In this document: one piece after another, positions 13,380 to 26,630 of the stretch
Numbering within the stretch: the stretch's first letter is position 1
Layout: every line of letters begins with the position of its first letter
Source: Tubiluchus corallicola
Taxonomy: Eukaryota > Animalia > Priapulida
Assembly (NCBI GenBank): GCA_030141605.1
Contig: JAQGDQ010000668.1
Location: 1 to 57,790 of the forward strand
Reading direction: 5' to 3'
Length of the DNA stretch: 57,790 bases
Translations under genes and position numbers: made by a program
The notes under the pieces: generated by a model
Databases searched by the model: none
The model's input: the letters and a program-made list of their open reading frames with translations, nothing else
What the model was told of the DNA's origin: nothing

Positions 13380-13631
13380 ATGTCAAAACCACAAAAGAAA
13401 TATTATCGACAACGAGCTCACTCCAATCCGTTGTCTGACCATAGTTTTGACTGCCCAGTGTCGCCGGCTCACATGGACTGGTCACAGCACTACCAGGAAT
13501 TCTTTTCGAACAGGGAACGCACACAACAGGTTGAGTTTGTTGACGTCGGTTGTGGGTATGGAGGTCTTCTTGTGGAACTTTCCCCTATTTTTCCTGACAC
13601 ACTCATGCTTGGATTAGAAATCAGGGTCAAG
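13380..13631 (+). CDS. METTL1: tRNA (guanine-N7)-methyltransferase METTL1/Trm8, coding exon 1
   Basis: [17 protein letters not shown]...[18 protein letters not shown]...GLEIRVK|gttagt; SAM-binding motif I. Confidence 0.96.
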
Positions 13632-13774
13632 GTTAGTAAATTGAAGCAAAATTTTAAGAAAATTTCACAGAAAGCAGCGACTAGATTTTGGACAAATTGC
13701 TGACAAATTAGTTTTATATTATTGAAAATAACATAGCTTAAAACAGTTCGGTTATCTTCAAGAACTTGCGTTTT

Positions 13775-14143
13775 TGTTGTGGAGATCGCTGGCATCTATT
13801 AGAATTAAATTGAACATTGTAGAATGTTCCGTTAGAATAATCGTCTTACCTTGTAGAATGTTCTAGAAAGAAACATCTAGAATGTTCCCTGGCACGCTAT
13901 ATAAGGCGAAGCAAGTCACTGACAGACGCACACGGATTCACACGGACGCCACTTACACATTCTCTTGTATACTTGTATTTTCAGATACACTTAAACGTTT
14001 TCCAGATTTTCACGTTTAGTGTAAACATTTCACGTTCCTTCATACTTTTGTGTTGTAGAATTCTCGCTTAATAAACTAGTTTAATTTGATGAAGTGTTTT
14101 CTGGTTTTCTCTACGAGCCTTCCGAGAGAAACAAAACACAACA
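13775..14143 (+). mobile_element. solo LTR (family L1, copy 1)
   Basis: TGTTGTG...CACAACA termini, 5-bp TSD gtttt, internal TATATAA and AATAAA; second copy at 32458-32828. Confidence 0.88.
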
Positions 14144-14184
14144 GTTTTTTTGGACCTTTATCTATGTTGCAGTGTTTAGTACTA

Positions 14185-14891
14185 CGGTAAACTCCGTATA
14201 ACTCGAATCCAACGGACAGAAACTTTGAGTTGGGCGATGTTGACCATTTTTCCAGCACAGAAACTGTAACCCCTCCCTCCAGATGGCGAGCTAAATAGAA
14301 GGCAGAAAGTCAACATTTCTATACATAAACGCTGAGATTTGATGACAATTACATAAAGAATAACAAATTCGTAGTGAAACACGATTTTCTTATGTTACAT
14401 TATTGAGTTTCAAACCAAGACAATAATAAGTGTTAGACAGAGACAGTGAATTCGAATAGACAATGACAATAGAGATTGTTTTGAAGTTGTGAACTGAGAC
14501 TTTCTGGGAGAAATCTTCCCCAGTAGAGTGTTGCCGCATAGTAGGTGGCTGTGAGACATTCCCGGAAAAATCAGTCATGGAGAAAATAATTCAGGGACGC
14601 GACTTGTAAAACATCAGAATTTCCCCGGATAACGATACGGTTTTTTGAGTTGTATGAAACTTTTTATTTTTTATAAATTGCATATTTGAGTTAGGCGAAG
14701 TAAATTACACGTATTTTAATTAAATGAACCATAATTTTTTTATTTGAGTTAGGCGAAATTTTAAATTATATATTTTGAGTAAAGCGATGTTTTTTGTGGG
14801 AAAAGGAAAGGATTTCATCCGTTCCGCTGAAATTCTTTTGAGTTAGGTAAAAATTTGAGTTATTCAATTTTGAGTTACGCAGAGTTCACGG
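14185..14891. mobile_element. pogo/Tigger-type MITE (family B, copy 1)
   Basis: TA-flanked imperfect TIRs cggtaaactccgtataactc / gagttacgcagagttcacgg; shorter copy at 38298-38742. Confidence 0.8.
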
Positions 14892-14922
14892 TATATTATT
14901 GAAAAGAACGTAGCTTCATATA

Positions 14923-16097
14923 CAGTCTAGCCTCGTTATCTCGCCCCTCGTTATGCTGCCAAACTCGTCTCTCGCCATAGAAAGTACCAGGACGGATTTC
15001 CTGCTTTGATATTTACCTCGTTAAGTCGCCACCCTCGCTTCTCGCCCTCGCCACGTCATGCTAGGATGAGTGCTTATGTAAACTATATTCATTATGTCGC
15101 CAAACAGACAAACTCAGAGGTGAATCGATCAATACATATACCGCGTGTCGATCAATATAACCGCGGTATGTAGACAATGCTGCTGTACTCGATAGACAGA
15201 CATAATTAATCTAGTGTGTGTCTCACCGGGACTAGATTAGGAGTGCTGTGGTTGGTTAATGCGCAGAGAAACTAAAGCGCCAAAGCTGCGTTTAAGTTTG
15301 AGTTTCCACAAAGTGTGAGCAACTTTACATGATGTCTCTGAAGCGAAAACTGTTTTGTCTTAATCCTGAACAAAAAAAGGAAATTTGTATTTATCATACG
15401 AATAATTCTTCAAAGACACAGCAGGAAATTGCTACTGTATTTAGTGCGAAATTTGGTGACACTGTTAGCCGGAGAAGTGTAGGAGATATAATAGCGAGTA
15501 AAGAAAATGGATGCAAAGTCATGGTCACAGTGGCTCAACGAAATTGCGACGTGGACAGCATTCCAATCTGGACATGGCACTTCAGCTATGGTTCACGAAT
15601 GCACGATCGCAAAATGTCGTCATCACTGATGCTGTTTTGCGCGAAAAGGCCAAGCACCTTGGAAATGAACTGGGCATAACCGACTTCCAGTACTCTAACG
15701 GATGGCTGCAACGTTTCAAGTTGAGGTGTGGAATTGGCAGCAAGAAAATCTGCAGTGAAAGTGCTGGTGTAGATTCAGACGTTCTTGATAGGGGCAGAGA
15801 ACAGGCAGCACGTGTAATAAAAAATTTTGAACTGAGTGACGTTTATAACCTTGATGAAACCGGTCTATTCTTTCGAATGTTGCCAGATAGGTCGTTGACA
15901 ACGACGGATAAGACGAAGGGCGTGAAAAAACCAAAGGACAGGATATGTACATAGAGGAACACTATGTTAATCAACTATTATATATATACAAATAGACTAA
16001 CTTCGTTATATTCCCGTTATCTCGCCATACTTGCCTCTCGCCAAAAATTTGCCCTAGAGGCCTAGACGGACAGTGGCGAGATAACGAGGCTAGACTG
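14923..16097 (+). mobile_element. internally deleted pogo/Tigger DNA transposon in METTL1 intron 1
   Basis: perfect 23-bp TIRs cagtctagcctcgttatctcgcc, TA TSD, transposase remnants inside. Confidence 0.93.
15329..15954 (+). pseudogene. truncated Tigger/CENP-B-like transposase (two HTH domains plus start of DDE_1), one frameshift near 15505
   Basis: QKKEICIY...TQQEIA; LDMALQLWF...LREKAK...FQYSNGWLQRFKLR; DVYNLDETGLFFRMLPDRSL...GVKKPKDRI then stop. Confidence 0.88.
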
Positions 16098-16183
16098 TAG
16101 TTTGTTTATCTTCAAGAACTTGTCTCTTTCTGGTCGCTTATCTACGTTGTGGTGTAAAGTACTAGAGCAAATGTTTCTTATAG

Positions 16184-16534
<351 letters not shown>

Positions 16535-17603
16535 TAACAACTTAGCTACTTTTGTGAAATGCTGACAAGACAGTAACTTTTATTTGTATCACTTTTTAGA
16601 AGTATTAATTAGAAATTAATTTTTGAGTATATCGGCCGTACGCAGTGCCAGCTAAAATACAACAATACATATGGATAATGAATACTTAGACTACTTTTAC
16701 ATTTATTGATCATAAACATTGCTATAAAAGTGCAGTTTCACCTTGAATGGCGCACAGTTGAGGGTAAGATATGTACAACAAATACAGTATAACAGGTGAA
16801 AGACAAAGGAATAAATCCCCCAACTCATCAAGAGTTATTTTATCGGTTGCAGGATTTTGTTTCCTATCTCAAGGTCAGTTTACCCTTTAATTTTTGTTTC
16901 ATTTTCCGGATGTAAATGGAAGGCAGAAAGCATTCTCAGAGTTGATCTAAAACTTTTCTGTTTTGCATCTAATACATAAAATTGTTTTCAATTTCGTATT
17001 AGAAATAAAGTTATTTAATTTAAGTAATTTAAGTTAAATAGAACTTAAAATGAAGTTCTATTTCATATTAAGAAACATCAGGGTATTTGATTATTTTATT
17101 TTTAACAGAGTTACACAAAAGCCATTATCTCTGTGTTGTTTTTGTGTACACAAACATTTTTCTTCCAAGCTGAAGTTTCAGATCTAAAAAGGCATCCTTT
17201 AATGAACCTAGAGTGCAATCAAGTGATAATTAAGTTTGCATTTTGCATTTCAAGGATTCTGTTCTGGCTGTATTTCATTTCAGAGCATTTTTCCAAGATT
17301 CCAGTCCTGCCTCTCCATAAAAATGAATACATTCCATTCGGGTGCTGAATCTCTGATTCCCTGTTACAATGCTGGTTTTTATATAAAAAGTTTTCTAGGG
17401 TTTCACAGTTATGGTTTTAATTCGTTTGTGGTTCTGTGCCGGGCATAAATTGGACGGGGGATTTACAGTTGTTTGTGACTGTCCAGTGATTGTTAAATAG
17501 AATCAAGTCTCGTAAAGTGGCTGCTGAATTTTAGAATTTCCATCTAGACGTCATAGTAGATTATTTTATTTGTTTTATCTGGTAATCTACACTTTATTTT
17601 CAG

Positions 17604-17747
17604 GCTTGTGAAGAAGAAATGAAAAATGACATTGTAGTGGAAAAGGTTTTTAGTTCAACTGAGGAAGGACAAAAAGTCACTCGTAACAAAGGTGAAAAAT
17701 ATTTGGCTGTTTTTAAGCGCATTTCCGATCCTTTGTCACAAAGCTAA
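17604..17747 (+). CDS. METTL1: METTL1 coding exon 3 (last); joined protein 239 aa
   Basis: tttcag|ACEEEMKNDIVVEKVFSSTEEGQKVTRNKGEKYLAVFKRISDPLSQS-stop; AATAAA at 17810. Confidence 0.95.
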   Translation, partial: ACEEEMKNDIVVEKVFSSTEEGQKVTRNKGEKYLAVFKRISDPLSQS

Positions 17748-19150
17748 TGTTTTCCAAAGACATTGAATTATTTGCCAGCTAATGTATGTGTGACAGCTGT
17801 TGACTGAAGAATAAATTTAAAACTTAAAAGTCTAGTTTGATATGGTGTCATTTGTGATTTCCTTATCGGTTATTTTTTCATCTAATATCTGATAATTATT
17901 ATTTTTTGTATAATTGTTTATTGTTGTATAGCCTGTTGCAGCAAAATCATAATAAAAGATCAAAATTTTAGAAAGTGAGTTTGCATTTTATTATTATACA
18001 TTATTATTTTATAGTATAATAATCGTGGTATTTAGGGATTGAACAGTAACTTAATGCCTTTATATAATTTGAACAATGTTTCTTAACAGCTTTTTGGATT
18101 GATGGATAATCTCAGTATTTAGATCTCTTTCCTGTTATTATCAACGGCTGTTACAAGGCAAAATTAAGAAAACACTGGAATTGATTATTAGTAAATAAAT
18201 GGCTGACCGTTAGAAAAATTGATCTTCCTAACTGGTTATTAATGAGCACATCTGAGCAGAGTTAATTCACTTGTGATCATCGTCAGCTGCACAGTGACTA
18301 ATTTAGTGTTTCGCCTTAAAAAGCTATCTCTGGCCTCCCGCCCCAAGGATTCAATTGAACAATGCAATACGTCAGCTGATGAAATCAATTCTAGATTTGG
18401 TTGATTTTGTGTTCGTTTGCTCATGAGGCAGAATATGATTCAAAAGCAAAGAAAAAACATTAGTTTTTTCAACAAAGTGTCCGTAACAAGGAAACCTAAT
18501 CAGGTTAATATATGCAGGAAAATATTGTACCACTAGCATTAGCAGTTAGTTACTGATTAATTGAAAACAACTGATTGTTACTTTTTTTGCTGTTACACCG
18601 CGGCACAGTGCATGTCGGAAATCGCTCAGAAGCAGGCCCTACTGTGGCATGACCCGAGCCTGAGTAAGGATACTAAGCATTATAAATAAACAACTGATTT
18701 AAGTGGATGTGCTTCAGCCACAGTTGGCTACGAATTATGCAGTATCTTTTTATTAGGTAAACAGCCAATTTTTGTGGATAATACTACCTGAGCATACTCT
18801 ATATTCATATTGAACCCATAACCATCACAGGAAGCTAGGGTGCCTTATCCACACTAATACAACCTCACCTTTAGTTTGCACTGCTTATATGTTATATGGC
18901 ATCTTTTTACTGTAACCTTTATAGGCTTGTTTATCTTGGCTTCCTTGTAATTCGTTTTTATTACATAAACTGGTTATCTGGAATGATTTGTTGGAGTTTC
19001 TTAAAATTTATACTTTTTATTAATAAACCTGTTTTTTAAAAACGTTAACAGTGGTGTACTTTTGCATATATGTTGCACAATGGTTAGGTAACTCTTAAGA
19101 TATGCACTGTTACAGCAATACTACTAATTCCTGGTGATTAGTTAAATAAA

Positions 19151-19437
19151 TGTCACGAAACACTGACTATGAATGTGGTTGTGGTGAAGGAACGTGTCCA
19201 AAATAACTGTGACCAAAAGTCGAAGAACTCCCATAGTGAAATCACAGACGTGCAGCAAAGAGCTTGGAACGAAATAACCGTAGGCTGCTTTCTTTTGTTC
19301 GTGAATATTGGAAAATTATTATAGTTCAAGGCAGTTTGTGGGTATAAGTCGCACCTTGAGGGATGGTACATTTGAAGCAATGACGGTTTTAAATGGTGTG
19401 CCCAGTGTCAATACGTAGCCGTGTATTGATCGTGACA
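19151..19437. mobile_element. possible solo-LTR-like element
   Basis: perfect 8-bp inverted termini TGTCACGA...TCGTGACA but no target-site duplication. Confidence 0.3.
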
Positions 19438-19703
19438 TCGTGTACCTCCAGGAACATCAGTATACGTGATCCTCAAAGTGTGAAAAACGTCTTCGACAGG
19501 AATTTAATATCATAAAGTCAGGGCTCAGATGGCTTTAGCAGACTTTTATTTTTACCAATTTGAATTTGCCAGTGAAATAATTATTGTGTGGCAAAGTCAT
19601 AGTATTTTAGATTATCCGCTTGTTTTTTAATTTTATTATAACTGTTTCTCTGTTCACCAGAGAACGTTTTTGGTAATTTAGTATTTCAACTATATTTGGA
19701 GAG

Positions 19704-19727
19704 ATGGACTGCAGTGAACAGCAACAG
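19704..19727 (+). CDS. RWDD4: RWD domain-containing protein 4, 24-nt coding exon 1
   Basis: ATG GAC TGC AGT GAA CAG CAA CAG|gtaaat (MDCSEQQQ) joins in phase 0 to EELEVLRSIY, matching the short RWDD4 N-terminus. Confidence 0.75.
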
Positions 19728-20120
19728 GTAAATTGTCAAAATAAGTAAAATCATTTAACTATTAATTGTATTGATTTAATTATTTTACTGATAATGGTCG
19801 ATCCTTTAGGATTTGGTGTACAGGTAATTTGCTTAGATTAAAAAGAAAGTTCTTCTTGGGAGATCCGTCTCATTAATAAAAAGTACACAGTAAAGAAAAC
19901 TAAAGACAATTTGACATAACATTTTTAATCTATAGGTAAGAAAAAACAGGAAATACACGTACAATCACTAAATGAGTACTACAGCCAAACCTCGTTATAC
20001 CAGCCACGTTATGCTGCCAAACTATTTTACCTCCTGCAAAATGACCAGGAACAAAATGGCTATATTCAACGGTATATGAAAATGACCATTTATACCACTA
20101 TCGTTTGGCAAATTAATATA

Positions 20121-20718
20121 CAGTGGAACTTCGACTTCCGAAAACCATATTATACGAAAAATTCAGAATATGAATTGGGCTTCGAAGAAATTTCTGTCCC
20201 ATTTAACAAAAAATATTCAAGATATGAAAACGAAAATCAAAAGTGCCGCCCGACAGTGGTCCTCCCAGAATGCATTTCGTAGCATCACGTGAACACTTTC
20301 TGTGCTCTTGTCTAAGTGCTATCGTAAGGAAGTATGAGCAAAACCCTTCGACGATCGGAACAATCGTGTTAAGTTTATGTATTCATTTAAATTAATCAAG
20401 CTCACCTCACACCACCCTTGGGCACATTCGCCCGACTAGAAAGGTAAAGTGTCATTATTCGTAACAACATTTATTATTATTTTTCATTGATTTTATTATT
20501 TTCTCATTGTTTTTTAACATTTATGTACAATTGACATTTCTCATTAACGAGCATATTTCTTTCGTATGAATACAATATTTACACTTTTATACGACTGTTT
20601 TCGGGGAGGCTGGAACGAATTACACCATTTATAGGGTAACCTTGTGTTGTAATACGAAAATTCTAAGATACGAAAGCCCCTCCGGAACGAATTAATTTCG
20701 TATCTCGAGGTGTCACTA
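20121..20718. mobile_element. nested Tigger-type MITE
   Basis: TA|cagtggaacttcgacttccgaa ... ttcgtatctcgaggtgtcacta|TA. Confidence 0.65.
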
Positions 20719-21306
20719 TATGTGTTCAGTAGGGAAGCGCCAGCAGCTTCTTGATACACTGCCAACTGTATAAGGCTGCTATGTGCTCGTCTGAGTCATA
20801 GACACAGGTGATGTCTCGTATAAAACAATGTATGTTATCATATTTTGATATTATCATTATCTGTTTACAAGCTGTACTGTAAGTCTTACAATCATCCTGA
20901 CGTATGTCAGTGCACCACGCAGCCATAATGGTAACTTTCTTTTGCCACAACAAGCAAGGTATTTGTTTGTATTCTAGGAATCATCCAAACAAATCCCAGA
21001 AGAAATTTGTGGTTATGACTTAACCTTTTTACATATATGTATGTATGCATGTAGTTTATTGACTAAAACAAGTTACATGTATACACGAGGAACGAGGTAA
21101 ATGCCACAATCGATACATTAGTGATTTTAGTCCAAATGTCACTTTACGTACATTTCCTACTCAAGGTTATAGCATTAAAAACAGTGTTATGCATGTTTAG
21201 TGGAGTAGCAGGCTCGCAGTTTATTATATAGTTGAATACAAGTTTATTTTGTAAACAAAAACTTTTTAATAAAGATAATTGATTTTGAGTGAGTCATTAA
21301 GTGAGT

Positions 21307-21699
21307 TGTGAAAGTCATGTTTGAAGTTGTAGATAACTCACTTTGTAGAACAAGAATAAACAACTATACTACATATTTGCACAAAACTGAAAAGTGTTTA
21401 TTAGACTACATACACATATGTAGAATGACTGCTACACTGAACACTGAGAACAAGAGTGTCCTGCACTGCATTGAGAGTGAGACAGTGACTAGAAAGTAAA
21501 TCCAGTCAGTATGTATAGGTATAGGTGATTATGCAAACTTGGCTTCACAAAAACCATTACTGTAAAATAGGGAGAGATCCAGTGAATATGCATTCACTGG
21601 ACCGCACAATTATACTAGGAGTGAGTTTAGCTAGTAAAATGTAAAAGGATTAGTTCATAGATGGCAGCACCTAAAAAATATACAATTACAATTTCCACA
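21307..21699 (-). mobile_element. solo LTR (family L2, long copy)
   Basis: TGTGAAA...TTTCCACA termini, 5-bp TSD tgagt, AATAAA on minus strand; short copy at 33847-34012. Confidence 0.85.
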
Positions 21700-22100
21700 T
21701 GAGTCATTGATTCACATATGATTGATGTAATAATTTTCTTTTAATTCATTAACGTCAAAGTGATGTTTGTGTTGCTTCCTGAATGTGTATGTGTTATCTG
21801 CCTACGGAATAAAAAATCAATAGGAAATAATTGCAGAAAAAAGTAATGTCATAATGCAGGTCTGATAAATGCGTGCATTGAAAACAATATAAACGGATTT
21901 TATCTATTCTGCACCCCCTTAATGCAGATCCGCCTTCCGGATGCTACATAAACGCCACTTTACTGTGAAAATTGAGAACTCTAACCAGTGTAAATTTGAT
22001 TGTTTCATGATTCGTCTGCAGCAAAATTTAACACCAAACTCGCTGTAACTTTAACTTTTTTCTGGTCCCAAAGTGGGTAGTATAAAGAGGTTTGGCTGTA

Positions 22101-22569
22101 CAGTCAACCTCGGGTATAAGGTACTTGCTTATAAGGGACGACCAACGCCGGTCCCAATTTTTTGCAACATTTTTCCTATGTAAAAATCTTTGTATATAAA
22201 GTACTCGGATGTAAGGGACTTTCGATTATATGGGACGATATCGTCAGGTCCTGTGTAATAAAAACCCAGGTATAAGGGACCCTATGATCAAAGTGAAATT
22301 GATCGATTTTTAACCTCAATTTTTCACAAACTCGGCCTTCGAACAGCTCGGTTTCCGCAGTCACATACATCTCACATCATTGAAGGAGCGTCCTACATGC
22401 CGTTTGCACTGAATGTGCAGCAATAATCCATAAGATATGGGTAAATGTGCAGAAAAATACAGGTCTATAAACACCTTTGGTCCGACTCAACTTTGGCTAT
22501 AAGGGACATCGGATATAAGGGATGATTTTTTTCCGGTCCGGAGGTGTCCCTTATATCCGAGGTTGAATG
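22101..22569. mobile_element. pogo/Tigger-type MITE (family A, copy 2, inverted relative to copy 1)
   Basis: TA|cagtcaacctcgg ... ccgaggttgaatg|TA; body is reverse complement of 3893-4342. Confidence 0.85.
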
Positions 22570-22720
22570 TATACTTATTGCATATTCTAATGTGCACACA
22601 TTCATTGACAGGCACTAGAAAGTACCACATGCGAAAGAACAATTACAAGAAAGTACAGAGACTATAATAAATTAAAACAAAGAGGAAATTTTGCAACAAT
22701 AGCATGCTGAAAAGCACTTG

Positions 22721-23555
22721 GTGTGAACACTAATATTAATGTAACTCGGTGTGAACACTAATATTAACGTAACTCAGTGTGAACACTAATATTAATGTAA
22801 CTCGGCGTGAACACTAATATTAATGTAACTCAGTGTGAACACTAATATTAACGTAACTCAGTGTGAACACTAATATTAATGTTACTCAGTGTGAACACTA
22901 ATATTAATGTAACTCAGTGTGAACACTAATATTAACGTAACTCAGTGTGAACACTAATATTAATGTAACTCAGTGTGAACACTAATATTAATGTAACTCG
23001 GTGTGAACACTAATATTAATGTAACTCAGTGTGAACACTAATATTAATGTTACTCAGTGTGAACACTAATATTAATGTAACTCGGTGTGAACACTAATAT
23101 TAACGTAACTCAGTGTGAACACTAATAATAACGTAACTCAGTGTGAACACTAATATTAATGTAACTCAGTGTGAACACTAATATTAACGTAACTCAGTGT
23201 GAACACTAATATTAATGTAACTCAGTGTGAACACTAATATTAATGTAACTCGGTGTGAACACTAATATTAATGTAACTCGGTGTGAACACTAATATTAAT
23301 GTTACTCAGTGTGAACACTAATATTAATGTAACTCAGTGTGAACACTAATATTAACGTAACTCAGTGTGAACACTAATATTAATGTAACTCAGTGTGAAC
23401 ACTAATATTAATGTAACTCGGTGTGAACACTAATATTAATGTAACTCGGTGTGAACACTAATATTAACGTTACTCAGTGTGAACACTAATATTAATGTAA
23501 CTCAGTGTGAACACTAATATTAACGTAACTCAGCGTGAACACTAATATTAATGTA
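22721..23555. repeat. 28-bp minisatellite, ~30 copies, RWDD4 intron 1
   Basis: unit gtgtgaacactaatattaa(t/c)gtaactc(a/g). Confidence 0.95.
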
Positions 23556-23727
23556 AGTTCTAGCAGAAGGTCTCTGGTACCTCTTACATTTAAATTAGTC
23601 TTTCTTCTATAAAGAAGAATCTTTCTTCTCAGATTGACTATGGGAATCCATTTGCTTGGTTGTTTTAACAAATGTGTATTCTTACAGTGCCATTCGATGT
23701 TTCAAAATAAATTTTTAATCTGTATAG

Positions 23728-23928
23728 GAAGAACTGGAGGTTTTGCGCTCCATTTATGAAGGTGACGACAATTTCAAAGAGATATCTTCCACTACGTTTC
23801 AATACAAAGTAGAACACGAGACGACAAATAAGTGCTTCCTAATTGAAATCTCTTGGGGTGATAACTATCCAGAAGACAAACCGCAAATTTCACTGGATTT
23901 GTTCTTTAACAAACACCTGAGTGACGAG
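23728..23928 (+). CDS. RWDD4: RWDD4 coding exon 2 (RWD domain)
   Basis: EELEVLRSIYEGDDNFKEISSTTFQYK...FLIEISWGDNYPEDKPQISLDLFFNKHLSDE; RWD YPxxxP motif. Confidence 0.93.
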
Positions 23929-23989
23929 GTATTTTGTAGTGCTTTTCATGCATGAATAATTATTATATGTGTTCATTAAGAACTAGTTA

Positions 23990-24728
23990 CGCTTTCTCAA
24001 ATTCACCATAGATGTCAGCACCTGGTAGTATGTTACTATGTACTTGTATGTCAATTGTAAGCGTGACCGAGGCCAATTTACCATTGATGATCTATGACTT
24101 ATGCTTTCCCAAATTCACCATAGATGTCAGCACCTTGTAGTATATTACTATGTACTTGTATGTCAATTGTAAGCGTGACTGAGGCCGATTTACCATTGAT
24201 GACCTTTGATTGATGCTTTCCCAAATTCACCATAGATGTCAGCACCTTGTAGTATGTTACTATGTACTTGTATGTCAATTGTAAGCATGACCGAGGCCAA
24301 TTTACCATTGATGATCTATGACTTATGCTTCCCCAAATTCACCATAGATGTCAGCACCTTGTAGTATATTACTATGTACTTGTATGTCAATTGTAAGTGT
24401 GACTGAGGCCGATTTACCATTGATGACCTTTGACTTAGTTTAGTTATGCTTTCCCAAATTCACCATAGATGTCAGCACCTTGTAGTATGTTACTATGTAC
24501 TTGTATGTCAATTGTAAGTGTGACTGAGGCCGATTTACCATTGATGACCTTTGACTTAGTTTAGTTATGCTTTCCCAAATTCACCATAGATGTCAGCACC
24601 TTGTAGTATGTTACTATGTACTTGTATGTCAATTGTAAGTGTGACTGAGGCCGATTTACCATTGATGACCTTTGACTTAGTGTAACTGTGACCGGGGCCG
24701 ATTTACCCTTGATGATCTATGACTTAGT
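23990..24728. repeat. 112-121-bp tandem repeat, 6 copies plus partial, RWDD4 intron 2
   Basis: aaattcaccatagatgtcagcacc recurs at 23999, 24111, 24223, 24335, 24456, 24577. Confidence 0.93.
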
Positions 24729-25687
24729 TTTCTCTGTGCATACAACTGGGATAGCTTTTTGTGAAGTCCTGCTGAGTCCGAAATTTCGTCAGATTTTTGG
24801 TTGGTTGACACTCATCACGCCACCGCCCACGTTTTTGCGCTCTTTTGTCACTTAAGAAAGGAATGTCGTTAAGGTTGGACGATCAGTAACGAATTCATCG
24901 TTATCAGTGTTCTTCTATTGTTATGAATTACCTGTGAGTAAGTCTTGCAGAAATAGATAAAGACACGGACTAACGGTTCCGAAATAAAAGGGTTTATTAT
25001 ACGATTAACTATTGAAGTATCATCTTCCGACTGGTTTGTATATCTCAAGTCAACCATATTTAAGTAACCTATTAGAATGGCCCACATTGGCGTTCGTCGC
25101 CTTTTATACCAATGGTGGTGATGTCATCACTGGCTTTGGGACGTTTAGTGAAATTTGTCAGTCTCTGAGATGAATCTTCTTTCAATTAAATTTTTAAGTG
25201 ACTTTTGTTATTCACTGCTATCTGCATTTTACACCCCCCCCCCACCAACACTATTATGTATTTTGCATAGCTCTGCACTTACTATGTGTTAAAAATAGTT
25301 CATTGTTTTGTAAAAGTACCTTGCTAAACTATTCAGAAGTGAGTTCTTTTACTCTTTGTATTTTTCTGTTTCTGTTTTTATGTTCAGCTTTCGGTGTTTG
25401 CTATGCTAATCTGAAATTTTACACGTACATGTGTTAAAAGCCATTTTCAGAAAAAAAGGCATAATATGTGAGTAAAACTTTTATTGTTTGCACTGCAATA
25501 GGGATGCAAAAACAGTTTCAAGGGATGATGATGATGAAACACAGCTTCCTGGGATTTTTCAAACACTCATCCTGCAATTTGTGATGGCATTGTTCAGTAT
25601 TTACTCATTGTCTTTTGATTAAAGTCAAGCACATGTGCATGCATGAAACTTTTTAAGTACATACCAGAAATCTTTGGAATTTTCCAG

Positions 25688-25855
25688 GTAAAAGACGCTG
25701 TGACCCATGCTGTAGAAATGGAATCAGAGTCTTGGCTAGGTTCAGCTATGACTTACACTTTGCTCGAGTTTTGCAAGGAAAACGTTGATGCATTTATGAC
25801 ATCACAGTCAGATACCCTTACCCCAGTTATGGCCAACATAAGCATTTCTGAATCT
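25688..25855 (+). CDS. RWDD4: RWDD4 coding exon 3
   Basis: ttccag|VKDAVTHAVEMESESWLGSAMTYTLLEFCKENVDAFM...SES|gtaagt. Confidence 0.92.
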
Positions 25856-26123
25856 GTAAGTGTATGTATGTCATTCACATCCTTGATAATAGTAATGTTA
25901 TGTAAGCAACAGCTATTGTAAGAAAACACTGCATCGCCATATCCTTCTTCTGCCATAGTTGAATTCAAAAATTTATTTTATAAATTGTGGATATTTATTT
26001 ATTTACGTAATTGTTGCTACACTTTGGCACTGCAAGCCTGTATCCTGCGCTGAATGGCAGGACCTTGTGGACGACTGACTGACCAGACCTTGAGTCATTA
26101 TCAAGGATATACCTCTAAGTTAA

Positions 26124-26630
26124 AGGAAAACCGGACGATTGTGGAAACATTAGTTCAGAATAAAGAATGCTCTGAAATATTGAAAACTACAATAGCTTAT
26201 TTTAAATCAAAGCTTAGATTAAATAATAATTACCTCGGATACTCAAATTTCGTTAAACTTTCAAAGCTACGCGCTGCTCAGTGAATCTACTAAGATTGGC
26301 AGCAGAGCCTTTTTGTCACATTCGCGTGTCCGACAAATAGAAGGCAGTACCGTGATAACCATGATCATGAGCTGCAGTGTTAGTTTCATGACGTCATATG
26401 ATGTAAAGCACATTTTTTGTGACATCATGCATTTAAACAGTAGCACTTGCACAAACTCTGGCTAGTTTCTGACATAAGCATGAGATATTTCTGACGGTTG
26501 CTGTTAATTAACTTTCTAAGCTAATTATTCATATATAAGGAACAATTGTTAACTTTTATAGGCAAGAAAATGTATATTTTGGACAGTAAATTAAAATGAG
26601 ATCGAGTCTAAACAATCGTCCAGTCTTCCT
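26124..26630. mobile_element. TTAA-target MITE (Kolobok/T2-like), copy 1
   Basis: TTAA|aggaaaaccggacgattgt ... acaatcgtccagtcttcct|TTAA. Confidence 0.85.

Larger units (their letters stand above)
19982..22098 (+). mobile_element. 2.1-kb composite pogo/Tigger-type element carrying nested insertions
   Basis: TA|cagccaaacctcgttatac ... gtataaagaggtttggctg|TA; shares subterminal cgttatgctgccaaact with the 14923 element; HTH-like remnant KQGICLYSRNHPNKSQKK at ~20952-21005. Confidence 0.75.

Noticed and set aside
16690-17540. Possible minus-strand LINE remnant with a CCHC-like motif in METTL1 intron 2
   Set aside because: Needs frameshifts to read and boundaries cannot be fixed by eye.
22721-23555. 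CRISPR-like appearance of the 28-, 46- and 47-bp arrays
   Set aside because: Head-to-tail units with no unique spacers, eukaryotic intronic context, no cas genes.
24755-24800. Possible hammerhead ribozyme (gaagtcctgctgagtccgaaatttcgtcag)
   Set aside because: The CUGAnGA core is altered and stems do not pair convincingly; an Infernal search would be needed.
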